DNA from: an uncultured bacterium
GTDB taxonomy: Bacteria > Margulisbacteria > WOR-1 > CAVSGV01
Assembly: GCA_963699255.1 (NCBI GenBank)
Contig: OY969425.1
Span: forward strand, 180,001-212,000
DNA: 32,000 nt
Direction: 5' to 3'
Part shown: positions 24,921 to 32,000 of the stretch, in pieces
Numbering within the stretch: the stretch's first letter is position 1
How the letters are laid out: each line of letters begins with the position of its first letter
The notes under the pieces: generated by a model
Told to the model about the DNA's origin: nothing
Database searches by the model: none
What the model saw: the letters and a program-made list of their open reading frames with translations, nothing else
Translations under genes and position numbers: made by a program

Positions 24921-25193
24921 TTGGCAAAGAAGTTAACACCATTAGGGAACAGGGTTGTTGTAAAGGCAGCGCCAAAAGAGGAGGAAAAAACAAAGTCAGG
25001 AATAATTCTTCCCAATACAGGCGGTGACAAAGAAAAGGTGATGGAAGGCACGGTCATTGCTGTAGGGACTGGAAGATATTTGGAAAACGGACAAAAAGTT
25101 CCACTTGAAGTAAAGGTGGGAGATAAAATCTTATTTGATAAGTTTGCACGGTCATTGGCGGAGGTATGGGTTGAGGGAGAAGAATTTTCGTAA
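24921..25193 (+). CDS. groES: Co-chaperonin GroES
   Basis: [33 protein letters not shown]...; TTG start with RBS aggaggggt. Confidence 0.97.
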   Translation: MAKKLTPLGNRVVVKAAPKEEEKTKSGIILPNTGGDKEKVMEGTVIAVGTGRYLENGQKVPLEVKVGDKILFDKFARSLAEVWVEGEEFS

Positions 25194-25259
25194 TTAGTGA
25201 TGAAGATATTTTTGCAGTTAAGTCCTAATCGTATATTATAAATAAGGAGGGTAAGTAAA

Positions 25260-26906
25260 ATGACAGCAAAACAAATGTTATTTAATGATGAAGCATGGAG
25301 GGCGCTGGAGAGAGGGGTTAACAAAGTGGCAATGGCGGTCAGGGCCACTCTCGGGCCAAGAGGAAAGAACGTAGTGCTTGAGAAGAAATGGGGCTCGCCT
25401 ACGATAACGAATGACGGCGTGACCATTGCAAAGGAAATAGACCTTGAAGATCCATTCGAGAACATGGGCGCGCAGCTCCTGAAAGAGGTGGCGTCAAAAA
25501 CCAATGATATCGCGGGCGATGGAACTACAACGGCGACCGTGCTTGGTTATGCGATTTTCAAAGAAGGATTAAAGAACGTGGTCTCCGGCGCGAACCCGAT
25601 GGCATTAAAGCGCGGGATAGAAAAAGCGGTAAAAGCCTCAGTGGCAGAACTCAAAAAATTGAGCATATCGGTGGAAAATAAAAAAGAGATCGCGGACGTC
25701 GCCACCATATCCGCGAACAACGATGCTGAGATAGGCAACCTTATAGCCGACGCCATGGAAAAGGTGGGCAAGGACGGCGTCATAACCGTTGAGGAATCAA
25801 AAGGGATAGAAAACGAACTTGATGTGGTCGAAGGCATGCAGTTCGACAAAGGATATGCATCGCCTTACATGATAACGGATCGTGACAGAATGGAAGCGGT
25901 GCTTGAAGATTGCTTCATCCTTATGACGGACAAAAAGATCAGCGCCGTGAAGGATCTTCTTCAAACGCTAGAAAAAGTGGTTCAGGCGAGCAAGCCCCTT
26001 CTTATCATTGCTGACGAGATAGAAGGAGAAGCGCTTGCGACCATAGTGGTGAACAAGCTTAGGGGAACGCTAAACTGCGTTGCCGTGAAAGCACCGGGTT
26101 TTGGCGACAGAAGGAAGGCCATGCTGGACGATATAGCGGTGATAACTGGTGGCGAGGTTATATCAGATGAAAATGGTAAGACATTTGAAAATATTATGGA
26201 CGCTTATTTTGGAAAGGCAAGAAAAGTTATTGTTGGGAAAGAAAAAACTCTTATTATTCAGGGGGCGGGCACGAAGGAAGCGCTTAAGGCGAGGATGGCC
26301 CAGATAAAGAAAGAGATCGAAACTTCCGATTCTTCCTATGACAAAGAAAAGCTCCAGGAGCGGCTCGCGAAACTTTCCGGTGGAGTTGGCATAATCAAGG
26401 CAGGAGCAGCTACGGAAACAGAGCTAAAGGAAAAAAAGCACAGGATAGAAGACGCTCTGTCGGCGACAAGGGCCGCGATAGAAGAAGGGATCATTCCTGG
26501 AGGCGGAAGCGCCTTGATACACCTGATACCTGCTCTTGAAAAGCTTGAAGGTACACTGACTGGTGATGAGAAAGTGGGGGTGAGTATAGTCAGGAAGTCG
26601 ATGGAGGAGCCGCTAAAGCAGATAGCCAATAACGCAGGATGGGAAGGTTCGGTAGTTGTTGATTATATAAGCAAAAAGAAAAAGCTTGGCGTTGGCTTTG
26701 ATGCGCAAAAACTTGAGTACTGCGAGGACATGATAAAAGCTGGAATTGTTGATCCGGTGAAGGTCACAAGATCGGCACTTCAGAACGCCGCGAGCATAGC
26801 AGCGATGCTTCTCACGACCGAAGCGCTTGTTGCCGAAAAGCCTGAGGAGAAGAAGGAAATGCCGGCGATGCCGGGAGGCGGCGGTTACGGCGGGGACATG
26901 ATGTAG
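25260..26906 (+). CDS. groL: Chaperonin GroEL
   Basis: [50 protein letters not shown]-terminal GGGYGGDMM. Confidence 0.98.
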   Translation: MTAKQMLFNDEAWRALERGVNKVAMAVRATLGPRGKNVVLEKKWGSPTITNDGVTIAKEIDLEDPFENMGAQLLKEVASKTNDIAGDGTTTATVLGYAIFKEGLKNVVSGANPMALKRGIEKAVKASVAELKKLSISVENKKEIADVATISANNDAEIGNLIADAMEKVGKDGVITVEESKGIENELDVVEGMQFDKGYASPYMITDRDRMEAVLEDCFILMTDKKISAVKDLLQTLEKVVQASKPLLIIADEIEGEALATIVVNKLRGTLNCVAVKAPGFGDRRKAMLDDIAVITGGEVISDENGKTFENIMDAYFGKARKVIVGKEKTLIIQGAGTKEALKARMAQIKKEIETSDSSYDKEKLQERLAKLSGGVGIIKAGAATETELKEKKHRIEDALSATRAAIEEGIIPGGGSALIHLIPALEKLEGTLTGDEKVGVSIVRKSMEEPLKQIANNAGWEGSVVVDYISKKKKLGVGFDAQKLEYCEDMIKAGIVDPVKVTRSALQNAASIAAMLLTTEALVAEKPEEKKEMPAMPGGGGYGGDMM

Positions 26907-26944
26907 AAAACAGAAGAGCTAGACGAGCTAGAGGTTTAATAAGT

Positions 26945-26979
26945 GGAAGGCCCTGATATAGATCGGGGCCTTCCTATTT
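26945..26979 (+). terminator. Intrinsic terminator-like hairpin after groL
   Basis: GGAAGGCCC-TGATATAGATCG-GGGCCTTCC followed by TATTT; may act on both converging genes. Confidence 0.75.
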
Positions 26980-27946
26980 AGTAGCCTTCCGCCTGTAGGA
27001 AGTAACTCAGCCATACGGTCTCCCCTGGCTTTACCATCATCACGTTCTTTGAATTGAACGAATTTCTTCCGCGCAGTACGGGCGTAAAACCGAGAAAATC
27101 ACCTCTGTCCGGATTCGTCCAGGTAACGATCTTTTGCGGCATAGTACCCGAATCACCGTTTCTGAGTATTATATGTATCTTCCTCTGATCCGGATAAGAG
27201 ATCGTGAATATATTCCTTTCGCCTGTACCGCAGAAATGCCAGTCTCTGGATATCCTTTCGCCAAAATCATCGCCCCTGAAAACCTTATCCGTTCTCTTTT
27301 CCCAATCTGTCTCATCATGATAATTAAGTCCGTCAAGGCCTGATATCTTCATTCCATTTTGCCAGGGGAAATAGATCTGCGATGCCATATCCAAAGGGAC
27401 ATCCTTAGGGTTCTTACTGTTATCCAGGTTCGTAAAACCAAGACGGTATTGCAATATGTCTTCTTTGAGCAGCGTTAATATCATATCAAAGCGGTAGTAG
27501 AAAGGATATTGGACATAAGGATACTTGTCCTGAATATCGTTCAGGGCCTTATTGAATCTGCCGGGGATGTTGGAGAACTGCATACTTACGGAGGTAAGAG
27601 CTTCCTTCTTTCGCTCGTCTATGGATGTGATGTTTGACCATTGAATATCCCGCAAAAATCCCTGAGGGGGCATTCTGTAGAGGTTGCCATTGAATTTATA
27701 TTGCATATTGTTCTTGATGTTCGGTTTCGTGCTTAGGGCTCCGAATATCGGGGCACAGGGAAGAGTGCATTGCGGCGGATCGCCATTATCATTGAAGAGG
27801 ACGGCATGTCTTTCTTTCCCCTTTTCCGCCATCCACCAATCCATGCGAGCGCCTTCGGTAAGTATTTTAATGCGTGACCTGCCGTTTTTGAGGATATATA
27901 CCGGTTTTGTCATTCCAAAGCCGTTTTGTATCAGCTTGTTGCCCAT
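26978..27946 (-). CDS. Galactose mutarotase/aldose 1-epimerase superfamily-like protein
   Basis: GFLRDIQW, YPYVQYPFYYRFDMILTLLKEDILQYRLGFTNLDNSKNPKDVPLDMASQIYFPW, VKPGETVWLSYFLQA; pattern fits the superfamily by eye. Confidence 0.6.
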   Translation of the reverse strand: MGNKLIQNGFGMTKPVYILKNGRSRIKILTEGARMDWWMAEKGKERHAVLFNDNGDPPQCTLPCAPIFGALSTKPNIKNNMQYKFNGNLYRMPPQGFLRDIQWSNITSIDERKKEALTSVSMQFSNIPGRFNKALNDIQDKYPYVQYPFYYRFDMILTLLKEDILQYRLGFTNLDNSKNPKDVPLDMASQIYFPWQNGMKISGLDGLNYHDETDWEKRTDKVFRGDDFGERISRDWHFCGTGERNIFTISYPDQRKIHIILRNGDSGTMPQKIVTWTNPDRGDFLGFTPVLRGRNSFNSKNVMMVKPGETVWLSYFLQAEGY

Positions 27947-28058
27947 CTTATATAGTTCGATCCCCCTCTATGATATATATCGATAAAAATGGCGGAAAAT
28001 CGCAGAGAAATATTGCATTTTTATTGGTTTTTTAGCTGTATTTTTGGGATTTAAGGGG

Positions 28059-29483
28059 CTATAGAATAAATCTCGGGTCCAATCGTGATTCGTTCTGTTT
28101 CATGACTTTTGCGGCCTCTTCAGTGCCTGGTTTTCCGCTTCTTATATTGGCAATGTCTTTATATTGCTGGACGCCGGGTTGGATGAAAGGATCTTGTCCC
28201 AGAAGTAGGCCGCTAAGAGCTATAGCGTTCATTTCTATCTGGAAGAACATACCCATTGTGTAAGCGGAAAGGTCGGGAAGTATGTAGCTCATTACAGGGA
28301 TTCCCCCTTCGTAATGCGCGTCACGCAGGCCTTCTACGAAAGCCGTATTCGCGAAATGCAGCGTCTTTTTATCAAGGTACTCAACCGGCGTTCCTTTGCC
28401 GGGGATAATCACGTCAATGCCCGGATTTTCTACCATCAAGAATGTTTCGATAATGTTCCTTTTGCCCATCTGTATCATCTGGCCGTTCGCATGCGCCATT
28501 TCGGTGTAGTATTCCGGTGATATCCATAGGCCTTCGCCGTTTTTGCCTTCGCTTTCGGGTCCCAGCTGCTGCATCCATGATGTGACGCTTCTCAGGTCGT
28601 ATGTGCCAGTGGAGGCGACCTCAATGTCCTTGTTCATATGCTTGTGAGCCAGATAACGCATCACGGCCCTGTTCATCGCAATGTTCTTTTCAAAAGGCAG
28701 GTCCCTTGTTCGTTCTTCCCCGCGGCGGGCTCCGGCGATGAATTCTTTTATGTTAACTCCGGCAACAGCGAGAGAAAATAATCCGACAGGGCAGGTAACA
28801 GAAAATCTTCCGCCCACATTGTCCGGCACTGAAAAAGTCCTATATCTTTTTTCTTCGGCAAGTTTTCTTAGTGAACCTTTTTTAGCATCAGTGATGGCGA
28901 CGATCTTTTTTGCCGCTTCATCCATAGAAAAGCTTTTTTCCATAAGCTCTTTGATGATAGCGAAAGCTATCGCCGGTTCAACTGTCCCCCCGGACTTGGA
29001 GATGACGTTCCCGCCGATCCTTCTTCCTTTCATCAGTCCAAGGATCTTTGCGGTATAAGCGGGGTCCATGTTCTGTCCCAGGAAAAAGATCCTTGGCGTG
29101 CCGCCTCTCTCTTCTTTTGAGAGAAGATTGAAAGTTTCAATGCTGCCCCTTACTGCTTCGATAGCGGCGCGTATGCCCAGGTATGATCCGCCGATGCCAA
29201 TAGACCAGAAATCATCTATATCTCCCGCAAGCTTTTTGGCCGCAGATCCGATCGCCTTGATCTCGCCGTCGGAAATGAATGGGCTTTCGGTCTTCCAGCC
29301 GGTCATGACCGTTTCACCGTCTTTTAAAAGGCCACTTTTACCTTCCAGCAGGAGATCGTGCAATTCAATGACACGCTTTGCTTCTTTATTGAATCGGGGA
29401 TGTTCAGTGATGTGTTTGCCGTTAAATGCGCCGAATCTCCTGAAATCCAATAGTATCGGTTCTTTGTGTTCGCTCATACACAT
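28059..29483 (-). CDS. pgi: Glucose-6-phosphate isomerase
   Basis: SIGGSYLGIRAAIEA, NVISKSGGTVEPAIAFAI, FSVTCPVGLFSLAVAGVN, neighbourhood of GIPVMSYILPDLSAYTMGMFF. Confidence 0.9.
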   Translation of the reverse strand: MCMSEHKEPILLDFRRFGAFNGKHITEHPRFNKEAKRVIELHDLLLEGKSGLLKDGETVMTGWKTESPFISDGEIKAIGSAAKKLAGDIDDFWSIGIGGSYLGIRAAIEAVRGSIETFNLLSKEERGGTPRIFFLGQNMDPAYTAKILGLMKGRRIGGNVISKSGGTVEPAIAFAIIKELMEKSFSMDEAAKKIVAITDAKKGSLRKLAEEKRYRTFSVPDNVGGRFSVTCPVGLFSLAVAGVNIKEFIAGARRGEERTRDLPFEKNIAMNRAVMRYLAHKHMNKDIEVASTGTYDLRSVTSWMQQLGPESEGKNGEGLWISPEYYTEMAHANGQMIQMGKRNIIETFLMVENPGIDVIIPGKGTPVEYLDKKTLHFANTAFVEGLRDAHYEGGIPVMSYILPDLSAYTMGMFFQIEMNAIALSGLLLGQDPFIQPGVQQYKDIANIRSGKPGTEEAAKVMKQNESRLDPRFIL

Positions 29484-29536
29484 ATTATTTTATTTGCTTT
29501 ACACTTAAATGCAAGTCAAATAATTCAGCCTAAACA

Positions 29537-30859
29537 TTATTCGTGCAATTCGACTTCTTCCGGCCCCCCAGGCACATAAAATTTGTGACCAGCGGCGAGG
29601 CCTACAAACTCGATCTTAGTGCCGTCTGGCGTAAGTTTGAGCGGTATTCTGCCCCGTGGAAGCTTCCCGGTTAATTTCATTTTTTTAACCGTCTCTTCCG
29701 TGAATATAATTGTTTCACCCGCTATTTGTTTCGCTTCATCGGCTAGTTCTTTGGTTGAAGAGACGACGATCACAGGGGTACCAAGGCCTCCCGCGCCCAG
29801 CCTTATCACGGCTCTTTGAACGCTCCCCATATTTCCTCTTACTATGAGCTTTTTCGCATCTTTCCGGATCCCCTGAAGGTAAAGTTTGCATGTCTTCTGC
29901 CTGATGTCAGTTTGATATTGCAGCCCCATACAGACATCCTGCCAGTTTATGCCGCCGCTGCTTCTCAGCCCGTTAAAAACTATATTTGACAATTCCCCAA
30001 ATTGCCTGTGTTCGATATTGCCTTGAGTTGTTAAAGTCATAGCCCTTGTCCATATGCCGTTGATATTGTAGGGGCTTATCATTGAGCCTTTCGGCATACC
30101 CGGAAGGTACATAAAGACATGGTCCTGAAATTCCTGGTATCGTTCCTTGCCGAACAGGGGATAAGCCAGGGCTGAAAATTGCTCGTATGAATCGTTCCAT
30201 TCAAAGCCGCACGCTCCGCCCATAAAAGCTGCTGCAACGCCCTGACCGCCCGAAAGCCCGCCGTGGACCGTATTATCGTGCCTTGTCGACAGAGTGAAAA
30301 TATTCCCTAACGAATAATCGGCTCCGCTTACAATACTTCCGAATATCGTCGCCGCTGCTGTGCTCATGATAGATGATGCCCTTTCTCTGCTTTTAAGCAC
30401 CGGAGGGATGGTAAGCGCGGTCATCTTGACCCCTTTAAGCCCGAAATATCCCAGCACCCAGTTGACCGCGGTCCTGTCCTCGAATGTCCCGAAGGGAAGC
30501 TCTCCTTTGGTCGTTTTAGTGAAACCGTACGGCAAACTGACGAAGGTGTTCGCCTCAGGATCATCATTGGCTTCAAGCGAGAATCTCCAGCGATAATTGG
30601 TCGCAAATGTGCATGTCACGGGATTCACTCCGGACAGAACTCCTTTGTTCGCGATCGCTGCTTTGCACCCCGGAAGATCGACGGATCCGAAAAAATCGAT
30701 CCTGCTTGGCATGGTTATGTATATCCTGCCGGTCCCAAGCCACTCCCTTGCCTGCTCCAGAAAGATACGCCCTATTCCATGCAGTTTCCTGCCGTTCAAT
30801 CTGCCGTTTTCCAGTCTCTCCGGCACCGGCCCCAGAAAATACGTTTTCCCGATTTCCAA
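29537..30859 (-). CDS. GHMP-kinase-like protein (divergent)
   Basis: MPSRIDFFGSVDLPGC near the N-terminus and HGGLSGGQGVAAAFMGGACGFEW; overall GHMP-like order. Confidence 0.55.
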   Translation of the reverse strand: MEIGKTYFLGPVPERLENGRLNGRKLHGIGRIFLEQAREWLGTGRIYITMPSRIDFFGSVDLPGCKAAIANKGVLSGVNPVTCTFATNYRWRFSLEANDDPEANTFVSLPYGFTKTTKGELPFGTFEDRTAVNWVLGYFGLKGVKMTALTIPPVLKSRERASSIMSTAAATIFGSIVSGADYSLGNIFTLSTRHDNTVHGGLSGGQGVAAAFMGGACGFEWNDSYEQFSALAYPLFGKERYQEFQDHVFMYLPGMPKGSMISPYNINGIWTRAMTLTTQGNIEHRQFGELSNIVFNGLRSSGGINWQDVCMGLQYQTDIRQKTCKLYLQGIRKDAKKLIVRGNMGSVQRAVIRLGAGGLGTPVIVVSSTKELADEAKQIAGETIIFTEETVKKMKLTGKLPRGRIPLKLTPDGTKIEFVGLAAGHKFYVPGGPEEVELHE

Positions 30860-30874
30860 ATGTTTCTCCTTGCT

Positions 30875-32000
30875 CTATTGTTTGTACGTTACTAATTCCA
30901 GCGGCGGCCTTGCAAAACCGTAATTGCCGGTTTGCGCGAGCTCCAAATATCCGTCGCCGTAGATCGGCGCGTTGTCCAACAGGTTATAAGCGATCTCACC
31001 TGTAATAAATCCTGTTGTCCTATTTGCGTCTTCCGCTGTCAGGTATTTGAGTCCTAATTTAGCGTAATTCGCCCGGTTAAGCAGGTCGAGCATCGCGGCT
31101 TTCTCTCCGCCCTCACCCAGGGGGAATGCGGCTCCGCCAAGAGAATGGATCTTATCGATGAAAGCCTTTTGTCCTTCATTCCCGTGATACGCGGGGCAGC
31201 ATTTCCATCTTCTAATGGAATGTTCCCTGTAAGCTTTCGCGACTTCCGAAAAATTCAGGCTTCCGCCATTTGAGCCTTCTATGAACGGGGAAACTTCTCT
31301 GCCGGTTATTTCAAATTGATCCATATATACATTGTTAAATGCAGGATCATCGGCCTGTCTGCACCAAGTATCGTTTATAGGAGCTCTTTTCACGTTTTCA
31401 GCAGGCCTGTTGAAAAGTACAAGATGCATGTTATCTTTAATGTTGCGGTGATGACCTTGAAGGTCCAGGCGTCTTGCCATGCCGCCGAATATTCCGGGAG
31501 CGTTCATGATAGATAAATGGCCTCCTGATACTACCTGTTGGGCTTCCTGGAATCCGGTTTCCCTGTCGAATTTATATTTTTCAATATATCCGCCCTGGCT
31601 GAATATAGTCCCAAGGTCCGCGCCCGTATTCAGAAGAAAATGCAGGCTTGTTAATGACTTGAACACCAGAAGATTTGACATTCCCATTCCGCCGAGAGCG
31701 GTCAAGGGATTATAATCGGTCATATGAAGTGCAAGGCCTGAAAGGCCTGCCTGAGAATACAAGTACGGGAATACATATGAAAGAGGGGCCGGTTGAAAGT
31801 CTCCGCCGTCCTTGGATATCTCGACCATGCCTCTGCTGTCAAGTCGGAATTTGTCGGTCTTTCTGTTGAAAGTTACCTGTTCTTTCATGAATTTCCCAGC
31901 GTCATAGACCAGAGTATCCGGATCATCAGATACTGTGATTTTAAAAGTAGGGCCAAAATCGCATCCCAAGATCGAACATCCCGGAAGGTTCAGAAGATTT
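30875..32000 (-). CDS. GHMP-kinase-like protein (divergent, heptose/fucose-kinase-like), 5' end outside the window
   Basis: NPLTALGGMGMSNLLVFKSL, IEKYKFDRETGFQEAQQVVSGGHLSIMNAPG, FIDKIHSLGGAAFPLGEGG. Track starts at TTG 31969 but the frame stays open to base 32000. Confidence 0.5.
   Translation of the reverse strand, partial: NLLNLPGCSILGCDFGPTFKITVSDDPDTLVYDAGKFMKEQVTFNRKTDKFRLDSRGMVEISKDGGDFQPAPLSYVFPYLYSQAGLSGLALHMTDYNPLTALGGMGMSNLLVFKSLTSLHFLLNTGADLGTIFSQGGYIEKYKFDRETGFQEAQQVVSGGHLSIMNAPGIFGGMARRLDLQGHHRNIKDNMHLVLFNRPAENVKRAPINDTWCRQADDPAFNNVYMDQFEITGREVSPFIEGSNGGSLNFSEVAKAYREHSIRRWKCCPAYHGNEGQKAFIDKIHSLGGAAFPLGEGGEKAAMLDLLNRANYAKLGLKYLTAEDANRTTGFITGEIAYNLLDNAPIYGDGYLELAQTGNYGFARPPLELVTYKQ

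Noticed and set aside
29505-29545. ATGCAAGTCAAATAATTCAGCC... as a seventh copy of the shared promoter element
   Set aside because: It lacks the CATG start, the GTTT run and a properly spaced ACGATA box, and the flanking genes are on the opposite strand.

Overview
This 32 kb bacterial window contains two kinds of sequence. About half is ordinary metabolism and chaperone genes: plsC-like acyltransferase, pckG, hisA, hisH, ROK kinase, groES/groEL with a CIRCE site, pgi, a mutarotase-like protein and two GHMP-kinase-like genes. The rest is accessory. (1) From about 1.2 to 10.2 kb there is a one-direction array of orphan proteins. None has an obvious Sec signal; most have Asn/Gln/Ser/Thr/Pro-rich N-termini and helical or coiled-coil C-termini. 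One is 997 aa with a fourfold repeat of about 140 aa. Transcription units in this array are repeatedly preceded by the same element, CATGCAAGTTTT-N(12-13)-ACGAtAtA, which resembles a sigma28/FliA-class promoter. The same element recurs before a PorV-like outer-membrane gene at about 23.1 kb. (2) From about 19.4 to 24.8 kb there is a surface-protein locus: an 850-aa protein with periodic-cysteine 16-aa repeats and tail-fibre-like modules, two paralogous proteins with FlgD/Por-CTD-like C-terminal domains, and a PorV/PorQ-like protein. My best candidate for something undescribed is a coordinately regulated set of exported, possibly type III/flagellar-type, substrates. No secretion apparatus gene lies in the window, so that function is inference. 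Family calls come from reading motifs; no database searches were run.
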